Source: Yuukianura sp. NJ FZ-2021
Lineage: Eukaryota
Direction: 5' to 3'
Assembly (NCBI GenBank): GCA_046563655.1
Contig: CM102286.1
Coordinates: 4,712,001-4,776,000, forward strand
Length of the DNA: 64,000 bases
The translations under genes were made by a program, and so were the position numbers. Each line of letters starts with the position of its first letter. The stretch's first letter is position 1. Below the pieces are notes generated by a model. That model made no database searches. It was not told where the DNA came from and saw only the letters and a program-made list of their open reading frames with translations. Positions 23,739-44,900 of the stretch are shown piece by piece.

Positions 23739-26022
23739 TCTTGACCTACTCGAAGTTAAGACTGGTTAAATTAACACAGTCAAAAAGTCGCACTTCCCTA
23801 CACATTCCATATACTTATAAGTTCATCCAAAAATTGAAATCGTTGACAAACTTGTGATTTAAAAGTTTTAATTGTTTACAAAGAACTGGTCTGAGCACTT
23901 GAGTGTTGCCGTGGAATGGGAAAAAAAGTGGAATAAAAAAAAAAGAAAGATGTTTGCGAAGGTTTACTTTCACTGCATTGCTGATTCCCTTAGTTCTGTG
24001 GTGAAAGTCAGGTGAAAGTCGAGTTGCGCCTTTTCGTCCAAAATTATCCACTTTCTTCAACAAAGTCGTGCAATTTTCTTCAAGGGCACCCATGATTTAA
24101 CTTTGTACTGTACATGCAATATGTGTTCGTGGCTCGGTCCACTGATTTGTAGAGGTCTAGACATCGTATAGAATTTTACTTTTAACTTAATCAATTAAGA
24201 CTAAAAACTTAAGCAGTTCGCCTACTCTCCTTTTCTACTACTCGTTCACTTGGATTCTATCCCACGAATCGCTTGCAAACATTTCCATTGTACGGCATTA
24301 ATTTTTTTTCATTTTTAAAAAACCAAGAGCTCGTTTTTAATTTGGAATAACTCGTTAAAGCATTTCACTATTGGATATCAATCTCCGCAATTGCAATTTT
24401 ACAGAAAGACTTGAAAGAAAGAGCAGAACAAATTTTCATTTTGCAGTGATTCTTGTCTCTCCATCGCGCATCGACCAGCTCACATTCCAAACATTTCGCG
24501 TAATTTGATGAAACAATTTTCGAAAAAAAAATGCACGTTCAAAATTTTGACGAAATCTGAAAGAATAGTAAGACTATAGTGTCTAATTTTGTTCAATAAT
24601 CGTCCACAAACTTTACGCTCGTTTTTGAATGTTTAAAATTTAGAAAATACTTCATGCCATCCTGAATTGAGACGCGAAGAGCTTAGCTCTAGCTCTCCAA
24701 CGCTTTCCGTTCACGAGATAATAAACATTTTAAAAACAAACGAAATATGTTCTTCCATTGCATAAATCGCCCAATTCTGCGATTTCTTTTATTGATTTTC
24801 ACAATTTTAAGTCAGTCTCTCACTTGAACCTGCACTCAAGCATCATTAAATGCTTTTCGGATCACCATTTCCCTTACAAGCGTGTCGTGTCGAACATTTT
24901 GTTTGTATATTTGTATTCTGTATTACTTTAGTATGTTTCCCCAAATATTCACATTCACAACGATTCCCGACTTTACCACTTCAAACACCCACCTCACAAT
25001 GTAACGTACCAATTATGCATTTTCACCTAGTATTCGCAGGTTGGTATGTTTATGTACACGTCAAACAACAAAATTTGCATGAATACTTAACAAAATAAGA
25101 CTACTTACTCGAAATTAATTTTTAGTATAATTACGTAGTCTACTTAACGGAGCTCAACAAATCAACTCATGGAACAACAAAAAACGAAAAGTTACAGATT
25201 CTGCGTCAACGCTTCTAACTTTAGCGTACTGATTCAGGGATTATTCACTACGCATGCACTGGAATCAGCACCTTTAAATGCACTACCCATCTTTTCACCG
25301 AGACAAACGTTTGAGGTTGAAGTTTCCGCCAGTTTCAAAATTAGAGTTTTAGTTTCGCTAGAACATTGCCTACCTTACTTTTAATACGTCACAACCAACG
25401 TCGAGACTAACCGTGCATCGCTCAAGTGAAAACATGCAATTGGTACAACAGTGCCAAGGTTTCTAACGTTTCTAGTAGATCTTAGCTCCAATAAACGTCA
25501 ATCTTAGAAAATCGTGCCAAGCGTAAGTTTTTCCGGATCGGAGTTATAACTAAAGTGAATAAACACTCCAAAAGTGCATACAGTTAACCACGACATGTTT
25601 TATGTTTGATGTAATTATTACTATTTTTACTACTTCACAAATTCCTTTCCATTATAACCATTCAATTGAATATTATAATAATTACTTACAAGGACTTTCA
25701 CTTTTTTTTTCAAATGCCAGGGCTGGTGCCACACTACCAAAGGCGAGTAATGCAACAAAACACAACAGAATTATGCGAGTCACCCATTTGTGCGCGCCAA
25801 GCATTATTGTGAGAGGAAAGGGCAGTGAAAGTGAAGAGACTTAACTTTAGGGGGTTAAAAGGTCATAACTGTAACAGTATACACTTGGTTTCCTTCTCCT
25901 ATTGGTTGACATAAATCAGAAAACACTTTCACGTCATCTGAATCCGTTAGTTGATTGATTTCTCTCTCTGACCAAGTTTTGCACTGGAGGATCACTTGAA
26001 TTTGTTCTCGGACTTAACTCTA

Positions 26023-32839
<6,817 letters not shown>

Positions 32840-33516
32840 ATTTGCTAGTTATTCGAAGTGCCGTGTCCGTTGTTGGCCTCGCCGTACTACAACCGATTTC
32901 CTACAGGTAGGTGACAGCTGTTTGGTGGCTGCTGAAATCCAGTCTCCGACGGCTCCTAAGTCGAATCAAGACACGAACTGAAGTGAATTGGATTAACAAA
33001 AGTATTATGTCAAGTCAATTACTAATCGAAGAGCTCTTCGTTCAGAGTCAACTGTAGGGACAACAGTAGTGATTGTAAAGCCAACTTGTGTTGGATTTTA
33101 CTGGAGCAGAACCAACCAAAGAGCGAAGAAGAGAAGAAATAAAAAAAAATTGGAGCCCAAAGTTAACTGTGAGAAAATTCAAATTTGGCTCCAAATGATC
33201 AGCACACAATGAAATCAATGACGCTCCCTTTTCTCTCCTCTGCACTGCGTCTGACTACTTTTCTACTACAATTAATCTAAAATGTTAAGTTATATTATTA
33301 TTTACTTAAAACACAGATTAATATGATTAAGATTTTATCCATTTACTCATTTAAAAGCGGGCAGGTTTAGCTAATAGCTGTTGCATAAAACAAAATGTAT
33401 TTGAAATAAAACTGTTAAATCGATAAACCTGTTCAACTTCTTTATGGAGAAAGTTGGTGAAAAATAGCTCATGGAGCAAAGCTCATGTGAAATTATACTA
33501 TTGGTAATTAATTATA
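32840..33516. promoter_or_regulatory. Probable shared bidirectional promoter/5'UTR region between B56 and DNAL1
   Basis: Divergent start codons (32839 on -, 33517 on +) are only about 680 bp apart. Inferred from gene geometry only. Confidence 0.45.
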
Positions 33517-34745
33517 ATGGTAAAAATCAATAACAACTTGCTAAAATTAATATTAGTTGTGGTGAGAATAATACAAGAGTATTACTTTCAGACATCGAAG
33601 CCACACAAGAAAATATCCTTGAAGGAAGCTGTGAAAGTTTGGGAAGACAAATATGGAAAAGGTGAACAAGGAAAGAAAATTGGAGATCAATTGGAAATCA
33701 AATTCAATGGGTGGATTCCTCCGATTGAAAAAATGGACAACAGTACCATGAATTTCACTAATTGCGAGTAAATAATTTTTGATAGACCGAATTTTAGTTT
33801 TTAGTTTCAGTTTTTGACTTTGTTTCTAATCCAGGATTCGTCCTTTGATGAAATGTTTTACAATCGCATGCGCATTGCAATTATTACTTATCAGGTTTTT
33901 AAACAATGATTTTTGCAAGGTTTCTTTCCCTTTCAACCAACATGATCGAACGTCTGACAAACCTCAATTACTTGAAATGTCTGCGGGTATTGTCTGTGGG
34001 AAGAAATTTTCTGAAAGCGCTGTCCGGTGTGGTAAGCAATGCAGACGTAATTTCGGAAGTTTACGCTTCATGTCAACGTTTCAAGCGCAGTCGTGTATTG
34101 TTACTTCTAATCCTAGTTTGTACTTACAACATTCTAGGAAGCATGCGCTGATACACTAGAAGAAATTTGGGCTTCGTACAATCAAATAGAGAAACCTTCA
34201 AAGGGAGTTTTAAGTTGCAGGAAACTGCGCAAGCTCTACTTGGGAAATAATTGGGTAAGCTTATGTTAGGGTATTAAGAATACTGAAATCATTAGGTTTA
34301 GTTTTTTTTTTTAATCTTTAGAGGAAGTATTATGAAGTACTAAAGATTGCTCATCATCATCGCTGTCTTTTTCAGATCCGAGAATGGCCGGAAGTCTCAA
34401 AGTTAAACGAACTACCGGAACTCGAAGAACTTATTCTTGTCGGTAAATCCTAAGTTCATTAACATTACACAGAAAAAATTACATTACCTAAAATCAATAA
34501 TTATCTACCAGGGAACCCCATCAATGACCAGTACTTGGCTTCCGGAAATGAATTCAGTGACTGGCAACGAGAAGGTACCAGAAGTAGTAGTAGTTTACAT
34601 CGCTTTTGGAACAAAATTGTAGCACAAAACAAAAACATTCGCAAAGATGAGCTTATTCCTTTTTTTCCTAGTTGGATCAAAAATTAAACAACTGAAAAAG
34701 TTGGACGGATACAGCATCATTGTCAACGCTTCGGAACAGACATAA
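33517..34745 (+). CDS. DNAL1: Dynein axonemal light chain 1 (LC1, leucine-rich repeat)
   Basis: Exons: 33517-33519 (ATG|GTAAAA, tentative), 33592-33767, 33920-34031, 34138-34254, 34376-34442, 34512-34574, 34672-34745 (TAA). Protein: ISLKEAVKVWEDK...WIPPIEKMD...[32 protein letters not shown]...DTLEEIWASYNQIEK...LEELILVGNP...QLKKLDG, collinear with LC1/DNAL1 as recalled. Confidence 0.9.
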
Positions 34746-35988
34746 AAAAGTTAAACCAATCTTTTAGAGATTTAAAAAGTAATTTTCAGCCATGTACATG
34801 CAAAACACGCTAAAATAATTCTCTCCACTTAAGCTAATTTCATTAAGAAGATTTTCGTAGTTTTAATTTTGAATATTCAAACACAAATGAAATTTGAAGT
34901 ATCTCCTCGCCTGTAACATATATTAATAGCAAACAATTTTGGCTGGTTAAATCTTACTGCTAGAAATTTAATAAGGGATGGAAGACGGACAAGATTTTGA
35001 AGATAGTTAACAAGGAAAGTAACTTAATTGGAACATTAATTAATTTAAAACCAACTTAAAGTGTTAATTTGGGTGTTCTTAAATGTTCTGCTAAGATGAT
35101 AACAGGGTTTTTCGTATAATTTTTGCTCTTTGACTAGATCAAAGTTTTAAATTAAAGTTTTCAGCTTTTGAAACTATTTTAACAAACTATTTTTAGCAAT
35201 TCTTCCTGAAATCTAACATTTGAGATTTTTAGCACATAAAGGTTTCTCTTAAGTTTAATGTTAACGTTTTAACCATTTAGAATTGAGAAATGCTAAAATT
35301 GAAGATTGTCTTTTATACATTAATGTAATAATAACTCGAGAAACTTTAAATACGAGTTAATTTAAATCTAATACTGACAAATACTTTGCTTTCTTCTTTG
35401 TGACAACAATAAATAAATGCATTTCCTGTATAACTTCGAACTCTCGGCCTGACAAGAATAATTAATTACAAATACTTTGTATTTTGAATAGGAGCAAATA
35501 GGTTAAAACTAAATTTAATTTAGACAATTTAGCTAATCATAACTATCGTATAAATTTCGTCATTTGAGATCCAAATTATTAGCCAAGTTCAAAATTAAAA
35601 CGTAAAGTATCTGTCCAAGGGGTGAAGCTCCAGTTTACTTATATTTTTGTATTCTGAATTGCAAGGAGCCATTTTTGTTAACCTTTCAAGTGAGCCATTT
35701 TCATGATATTCTTATATTCCAAGGAAATGAAGATGTCAATTCTTTTACATGCTTGCCAACCAGCCAATCACATTTACTGAGATTCAAGCAACGTCCAATC
35801 AGAATCGAGATTCAAAAAATGACAAACAGTAGAACAGTTTTGTTTGTTCTAAACTATTTGGCGTCAAGTTTGAAATCATGCCTTTGGGAATTTTCGGTTG
35901 CGGGACTACCAGTGTCGTCATTGCTATGAAATGTCAGTTTGCCTAGCTGCTTCTCTTTGTTCTTTTCATCAAAAATGACCAACCACCA

Positions 35989-38900
35989 TCATGTGACCTT
36001 GTCTTTAATCGAGGTCAGTCTCGTATCGGGCACTTCGAGCAGTGGAGGTGGAATTGTATTGTTTCTGGATACTGCTGCTAGACCGGAGGACTTGCTTGAC
36101 ATGCGCAATGGAGTTGAAGTTTCTAGTGGAATTGTAAAGCTCGGTTTGGATTTTTTCTGAAAATGGTTCATGCCTTGTTGATCCGATTGCTGTTGATCAG
36201 GTGGACGATGTGACTTCATGTGAGCACTTCTACTTTTGACTTTGGTGAATACTCTGAAATAATAAAAATCAAGAAATTAAGTCATATTTTGATTATTTCT
36301 AAGTTAATTAAAAATGTTCAAATATTTTTTCGTGGAAATGTATTGCCCCACTTGTTCAACGAAAACCCTTGGAATCTTGATGCCTTTTACATTCAAGATT
36401 TTAACCACACGACATTTAAACTTAAACAGACAAGCAATGAAGTAACTGTATTAAACTTAGCATCAAGTTAGTCAACACTTCAGTGGTTTACCGGATCAAA
36501 TCTATCAAAAATTTCAAAAACACACATGTAATCGCCGGCCCTTTACGGTTACATAACACAAATTGCAGCGCATGCGCACAAGAAAGACAAGACGAAAGCA
36601 AAGGACAAAGGACAGTGCAAAAGAAACTTTTAGAACACAAAACTTTAAAAAAAGAATAAAAATGAAAATTACCTTTAGTACATTGTTTATTGAAAATTTA
36701 ATAGAGAGAAGCTTTTTAGGCAATACGGAATGCGGATCGAGCCAAGTTAACTTATTTTGTGCAAATCAAAGGTCCAATAATTCACTGCTACCAACACAAA
36801 AGAAAAACACCGTAATCAATAAACTGGTTTTTTGACAAACGTTATTTTGGTAGCTTTTTCATAGAAAATGCATTTTCGATAGGCAAATCGTTTTTCCCGC
36901 TAAAATATTAACTGTTTTCATTGAAGATAGCCGTGTTGGAACTTACTTGCCACAAATTTTGCATGGATAATCTTCATGGCTTTGGAAGGAGAGGCCATTG
37001 ACAAAATCGATTTGCCCATTGTTGACTGTCCTTATCTCCTGTACGCCAAGCTTCTGTAAAAGGGAATGCACAATGTCATTGTAAATTGAATTAATGGCTG
37101 TTTATTCTACAAGATAAATGGTATTTACCTTTTGTTGATGTGAATTTTCAGGAGAATCTAAAGCGATTGGCTCATGGGGCTGATCATGCTGCGCATGCGC
37201 CAAGGCCGCCAAAGCACCAGGGGTCGTTGGAGGAACACTTTTGAGTAGGTCCAACGTAAATGCCGCTTCTCGTTTTTTCCAAGTTGTTCTAATGCGTTCA
37301 TATTCATTTGGACAAATTTTTTTCCAGAGATGGTAGAAACTGATACAGTCTGCTCTGGATTTAGTTGGGATTTGAGCTGCCAAAGTTCCAAAGTTCTTGC
37401 CATACTTGAGGAGACTTTCCTGGAAGACGATCAGTTCAGAGGGTGTCCATTTGGCATTGTCAGAATAGGCGTAGGTTCTAAGGGCCGTGGGTACTTGGGG
37501 TTGCGGGTTCATGAGGAGCAGAATGGCAGCCTGTAAAGTTAAGTTATGTTAGTCTAGAAATCAAAAACGTGTTCAAATGAAAAGTTGAAATAAAATGAGG
37601 AATGGATGGGTCTTCAATTTAGAAAATAATATTATTTTTCAATCTCTCTGGGGCCAAATCAAATCAAATTCTGACAAGATGAGATGAAGCCAGAGACAGT
37701 GCAAGTGAGGGCAGGGAAGTCCTTCGAATCATTCAGAAAATATTATATTGTTATATAAAGAATTCCATTGTGAACTAAACTGAAATATTTTTTGGAATTG
37801 CTTCTTTAGGCCTCTGCAATTTGAAAAAGCAAAAGCCAATTCGCAAGAAAAACGAAAATTTGGGAAAATGTCAAAAGTGGCATGGACTTGTGTCTAATAA
37901 TAGTGAAGGACGTTTGTTAAAATCAATTCTACTGCATTTTTGACTGCAGAAGTGTGGGAAATTTCGTGAGCGATGGAATATTGGACTGGATATAATTAGA
38001 CGTTAAAATTGATTTGCAAAGTTTCGGCTACCAATCAATGGGTTACTGAGTCCAGAAAAGAAAATATTCCCTCAAATCCTTCAAAAAACCAATTTTTTAA
38101 ACGTGTCGTTTCAGCCGAAAAAACTATTCTCATTCATGAAAATAATGAAATCGAGAAAAGGATTTGGGTGTAAAAATTTTGCAGTTTTTTCTCTCCACAT
38201 TTTCAGCTTTATAAACATTTTGAAACTTTCTCAAAAAAAGTCATCCCCGCCTTCACATATTGTTTTCCCTAATACTTCTCATTGGTTCAAATTTTGAGCA
38301 AATTTTCAAAATTGAAAATTCAAAAGACAAAAAAAGCACAACACAGCCACCCGGGTTTGGAAATCAAAAAACCCGTAGAGGATGTCTTTAAGTGCTTATT
38401 TTCGACTGAAAGGCAGTGACTTATGCATTTATAGTGCAATAGTTAATTGTATGGTGTCTTACGTTGATATCACCTTTGAAATGGTTGAGTAAATGAAGGG
38501 CATATTCTTTATTCCGTCCGCCTCCAGGGACTGCAGAACAGCACGCAAATTCCAGGTATTTTTCAACTGAAAAGTAACAGAAAATCCATTGAGTAAATAC
38601 TAGAAAGCGGTTCATGAAAACATATTGAAAGCCTATGGTTAAGGGTAGTTCCAGTATTAAAATCATTCGGTGTGTATGTTCTAGCGGTACAGTGTCGTAC
38701 AATGTGTGCGTAGTATGTTGTTGACTCTGGGCAACGAAAATAAACGGTTCTCAAAGTTTATATGCAATTCTACCCGGGTAATAACAGACTAAAACCCGCT
38801 CTTTCTGTTTCCTCATGGGTTTTTCGAACATCAAAATTATCCAGTCCACATGTGACTCAAAAGCACTTTATTATAAATGAAGCCTTCGTTTTAGGCGTCT

Positions 38901-41900
38901 GAATCGAAAAGTTCAGAATTTGTATGGTGGGCACGTTTCAATTCAAAGCTTGTCGATTTGTTTGGATTTTCCAAATAATTTTTTAATTAACGTTGAACTT
39001 TGAAAATTACGTCACAATTCAAACAGCGTTGCTGTGAGCATGATGAATAATAAAGGAATGTACTAGAAAGTTGTGAAACTTTCCATAATTTTTTGGAAGT
39101 AGAGAAAATCATGGTATGAAAAATTGGATGGGAAAATGGTAGTGCAGTGGGAACGAATTAAAATCATTGTCACGTCCCAGCACTTTCTTTTACATCGCAA
39201 GTTAAGACAGGCTGCGTGGCGACAATTTCGTGCCAAAACCGTTGCACGACACTTTCCTGATTGCTTTGTGACTTTTGATTGATGTTACAAGCCCAACGTC
39301 GCAAAAAAAGGGAGTGAGATTTCGAAATGTTGAAAGTAAATTTAAAAACTGGAGATTTTTTCCCTTGAAAATACCTTCATCCGTGGAGCAATGCTGCATA
39401 GCGTTAGGATCCCAAAGCGGAGCATTTCCATCGTTTGATTCTATCACTTCCAGTATTTCCACTTCAGGGTCACTCTGAGGTTCTGGAGCGGAGGACGCTT
39501 TCCGTTTTCTGGAGCGACTGAAAGGTTCCGGTAAGTTGGTAGCCTGGAAGGTTGGTCCCACATTAATTCTTGGACATTCTCGCACGCTGTCTTCTACATG
39601 TGACAGTTTTTGTGAAAATGTCCAGTAAAGTCCAGGAGCGGAACGGACTGGACTTAGAATTGGGTACGGCGTAAAATGCGGCAGCTGAGATTGGGATGAT
39701 GGATTTTGTCTCAAGTTAGAAGCAAAAGTATTTCGAACTTGCTTTCTCTTTCCAGATTTCACGTACGAATGTGTATTGGTAGCCACCCTGAAATAAAATC
39801 CAAATTGTTTTTTTTTAAATCTACGTTTGGAATTTTGAAATGTGAAACAGATTGTTCTGGTTTGAGAGTGCAATTTAGAATCGAACAATCAATAAAGTTG
39901 GCCAAATTTTGTTCCAGACCCTTCAGCCAACAATTTTTATTGTGCTATTGATTTCCTCCTAAATCGCTAGAGAAAAACGTTCAAGTATCCCAAGAGACAT
40001 ATTGACCTTGGAACAAAATAAACTGGAGAATCGATTGATTTAAAAAACGTATTTCGACATGAGATTTGGAAAACAATAAAAAGCTCTGCAATCGTATAAA
40101 ACGAAAAGTCTATAAAATGGAAGTGCTATTTGAAACAGTACCTGTTTGGATTGAGAAAGCCATCCAATCTAGAGTCCAAAGACGAACCAAAGCTGCCTAA
40201 AGGTTGTAACGCCTCATTCACTTTGGATTCGTTTAGAACAGAACCAGAAGGAACCGATTGCGGACTCTCTGGACCAGCGAATCTCTTGGGCGAAGACGAT
40301 GGAGTTAAGAACTTTGTTACTTCAGAAGATCCAAATGAAACAACGCCTGAAGCATCCACCGGCTCGATTTTGATCTTCACATCTTCTTGAATTGGTTCAG
40401 ATTCTGGAGTCATCGAAATCAAAGTTCCCACTTCCTGCTTAATTGCTTTGCCCAATCTTAAAACAATTTCATCTACTGAAGGGGAGTCGCTTGAAAATAA
40501 TTTCGAATCTCCGTCACTCCCTGGTCCCCCTCCACTCATCTCCATCATGTTAATTGTCACGGGGTCACAGGTCATGTGCTCAAATCCATAAAACGTGGTT
40601 GTTCCAATACTAGAAGATCCACCAAAAGAAAATAGAGGGCTCTGAAGTGCCGGATGGCTCTCGAGACTTGCTGGTGGAGTTGGATATGGGAAAGAAGGGG
40701 AGTCTTGAGATTTAATTGACGGTGATTGAGGTGTTGGCGACATGTAGAAAACATTTGGATCCAGCGGTGGCCTAGAAATGAATTCCAGAAATAGGTTTAG
40801 GTTAGGTTAAAAACCTAAGATTAATTGAAATCATTCTGGCAAGATTTATGCTTCAAGAGAAAAAGAAAAACAATTGTGACAGGGAACACGGCGTGCACTT
40901 AAAGCTTTCTCACCGTGTGCGCTATACTAAGCGTCAAAGTGAAAAGTTTTCACCGCCACCACTGTCAAAAAGTGTTGGAAAAGTCAAACAAATAAAGTTG
41001 AACTTATCAATTTAAATTTTCCAAAACCATACAAACTCCTATGAGAATTTGAAACTATAACTCAAAAAAGTTTCTGTCAAGTTTTAAATGAAACTGAAAA
41101 TGGAGTGAAGGTGGTGATGAAAGATTTTTTGAAAAAACTTACATTGGCGGTGTGTGAGCATCCTGTTCATTTCCTTCCATCTTCGTAAAGTGATAGAGTG
41201 GCAGTGGTGAGTCGTCGGTGGAAGTGGATGACGTTCCAGTTGTCGTCGTCGAGTAGAGTGAATGTAATCTTCCGTTTCCGCCATTACTTGTAGAACTACT
41301 AGAAGACCAACTCCATTCCGTTGGCATGAGGTCTTCAGATCCATTATTACCACCACTTAGAATGGACTCATCAATGATCCCATCCAGAAAAGATTCTGGA
41401 CAAATGCTCGAAACCTGTTTTTGATAGGAACAAGTTAGTAGAGCACAGAATGTCATCTTCACAATGAAAGTCAAGATCCTGTTCATACTTCACTGGAGAG
41501 TCCGCTAGAGTGGACTCGTATTGACCTATCACCAACTTTCACTTTTTCAACTTTCTCCATGTTCACCTTTCAAAATTTATCGTTTCACCAACTCCATAAC
41601 ACTTATTACAATTTTCATTAAAATATTTTTTTTTGAAACCAAATTAAATTTTTGGCTTCTACGTATTTCCAGAATGCAGTAACTGCAACCTGTATGATCA
41701 GAATTCGAAACACAAAAACTTTCATCAAAACGTAAATAATGTCTGTTTTCAATAAGATTGATGAGTTTTTCAAGACTTGAAAAGTTGAAAATACGGGCTC
41801 AAATTTTTTGAGTTTTTCTCTTATTTTTGAAAATGGATCCTACGACATCATTTTCCTGTCTATCCTGGCCCATTTCGTTTATCAAATTCTTGTTATTGGA

Positions 41901-44900
41901 AGATTCCCATTGGCATTGGAGCGGAAGGGAGGAATGTGATGGGAAATGGTTCCTTTTGGAAATGACAATAATTCTGGAGAGCACAAGTACTGATGATAGC
42001 CTTCCATTGAATTACACTTGAGTGAGATATGGAAGTGAAAGTAATAGAGGACTTTTCCCCTTCAACTTTTTCGCGGGAAAAGATAAAAACTCTAGGGAAC
42101 CAGAGCGGAGTCCATAATTTTTGTTCTGAAGCGACCTGACCTACTTTGGCCCTCCTTCCCCTTACTAACATCAAGGCCTACAGAAGTCATCTCATGTAAG
42201 GCCGAGACTTACCTTATTGAAAACTTCTTCTTCAAGATCCTTGAGAAGATATTCGGAGTTGTCTTGATCTTCTTGACTGTAGATGAACCCAAAAGTTTCA
42301 TCAGGCTCTTCATCAAGTCCGGAATGAGGTTCCTGACTTGTCAGTGTGACATTTGCGGATGAACTTTGGAAAGTTGTCACTCCGGAAGGAGAAATGGGAA
42401 CAGAAGTACTAGTAGATTCGGTTCCAGGAACATTACTTCCAGAAGTACTGCCAGTAGTTCCGATGATGCCAGTATTAGGAGAAGATGAAGAAATGTTCAA
42501 AATGGGAGTGGGAGTGCTGGATGTATCCAGTAGCACTGGAGCCTTCTGAACACCACTGTCAGTTCCTATTTAGAAAAAAATGAATAAATATTTTCACAAC
42601 TGGAAAATTATATTTTCAGCGGTACTACTCAAATTTTCAAAAAAAAATGCGTTATGAGTAAAAACAAGACTCAGCACAGTTCGACTAAACAGCCGCTATT
42701 CTCTAAATCATCTTTACGACTCAAACATTCCATTTTTTAAAAGATTGGATCACTGACTAAGGGGATGCACTTAAGCTCGAGTCATTTGAAAATGTTCGTT
42801 TTTTGAAAATTTCGGCTCCAAATTACCTTTTGAAGACTGGCTGCTCGTGTTTCTTTTCTGAATTATTTTTTCTTCTATGAGAGCTCGGACGCTGACGCTG
42901 GCAGTTTGAAGCGTCGCATTCAAATCCTTATTTCCAGTAGAATCTTTTCGTTTTCCATCAGGATCCTGTTAATAAAACACAATTTGCTCAAGTGTGGCAT
43001 TCAAGATGTAATTTTCTATTATTAAAAATTCTCCAAAATTTTTGCGATGCAACTTCAAAAAAAGTGGGGCAGCAGTGCGGCTGTGTGACTTGAAATTTTA
43101 CATTGTATATCAGAGTCTCTGCATGAGAATATTTAATTTAACCGGAAAAGTGAAGCGGAGCGTTCAAAAGGAAAATGCTGGTCGCTCGCTGGACGCTGAA
43201 AGCGCTACATGGTTTCTACCGTATGCAATTCCACGTTATTGAATTTCTGGGTGTTCACTTTGAGTTTTTGGTTTTCAGTGCCAAAAAGCTAGAATGAAAC
43301 GTTTTAGTGAATAAACGTAGGTATTTACCTTTCCGCCTTTGAAGTAGCCACCGTGGAGTCTCATATGTCCGTTGAGGGCAGGCGTGTTCTTGAAACGCCT
43401 GAAACAAATCGTGCATTCAACCGGTTTGTCATCAACGGTTCCGAATTTGCTCAAATCCTCAAAGGTTTCAGGCGAAGCCTTGGATTGGGACGTTGAAGGG
43501 CTCTTGGTCCCCTTGGTCTTCCCTTTGAATGTTTTAGATTTCGGTAGAGTCGAGTTGTTCACGCATTCCTCTTGGGCTTGCTGGATGATGTGATGGATGA
43601 GCTCGAGTTGTTCTTTGAGTAGAGCTGGAGACGTCGTGGAAAGGCCACCACTGCCACTGCCCCTTCCCCCGCCCCCACTCTTCCCTCCGCTGGAAATTAG
43701 AGCTGGAGGGTGGGACTTGGTGGAGCTGGAAGTGGGAAGTTGAGTAGTTCCATTTGCACTGGAGCTGGAAGTTCCTCCATCAGTGTTGGATGATCCACAT
43801 TTTCCAATTTCCAGTCTATCGGAACTATCTTGACGAGAATTTCCATCAGAAACGAAGTCGGCCAACTGCTGTAGGGCAAACAAGATACAATTAACGTGAC
43901 ATCTCAATTACCGGCACACCGCGCGTGACTAACTCAATCAACCGATACTCTTCCTGGAACCGAAGGCATTTACATCCATCCTAGCTGGTCGGATAAGTAC
44001 GCTGCTAGAATTGTCATGAATTTAAACTCGCGCGCCAAACCAGTTCAGGGCTTAACTCCCTTTTGGCAGCTCTGTTTTGAATTCAAATTGAATTCAAAAG
44101 TGACATGACACTCATTTTGAGATTGAATCTCGAAATATATCCGGAAAACTAGTTTCAAGATCATTGTGTAATCCTTTGGATCATTTTGATCTTTTAGAAC
44201 TAGAAAGTAGGTCAGTTGGAAATAAAGTTTCAAAAAACATGAGAAAAAAGTTCGATGCAGTTTTTAGTAAAGTTTTCCTCTATCGTAACGCAAACCTATG
44301 TTGAAAGATGCGTTGAGTGAAAGTTATTGCCATTCCTTACATTTTTCGTTTCCAGCGAAAAACGTTGTGTAAGGGATTGACGCAAGTCTGAACTTTTGTA
44401 CTATTTTTCTTGTTTTTAATAACTACTAAAAGGAATGTTGGATTTGGAAGTTGAGAAAGTGGGATTCATCATTCCCAGAAGAGTAGTTAAGGATGCCATG
44501 TCACTGGATCTCTCTAGTTACCTAACCTAACCTACTGGAAGCTGTATCAGATTGCTTCTGCCTTCACTTAAGTATAATTACCTGGAGGGCAAAGTCAATA
44601 ATGTTTCATTGGACTGATGATGATATAAATCAGAGGAGGAAAGGAGCCGAGAGAAAGTTCAGAAGTGGGCTCTGGAGACTATCTAGAAGCTTGAATTTAA
44701 TTCCATCAAAATCTACAACAGAAAGGGAACGGAAGACGCACGAGGAATTCTGAATTTCGGGATATGAATTATGACGAGACCAGGAGAAAGTGAACCGTCA
44801 AAATCAAATTTCTCGCAAAGACTATGTCCATGTAGTTAGTTTCTTCAAAATTACTATTCAAAACCTATTTCATCAAAAGTAGGCGGGAACAAGCGTAAAC

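Noticed and set aside
23815..24093. ORF MGALEENC... as a further AMPD first exon
   Set aside because: Its candidate donors are phase 0 and do not fit the shared phase-1 exon.
33370..33430. Possible RFX X-box or DRE upstream of DNAL1 (GTTGCATAAAAC; AATCGATA)
   Set aside because: Both are imperfect matches in AT-rich DNA and cannot be distinguished from chance.
41799..42174. Overlapping minus-strand ORFs as an alternative terminal exon of the ZNF541-like gene
   Set aside because: It would need a ~35-nt intron and the peptides show no recognisable features.
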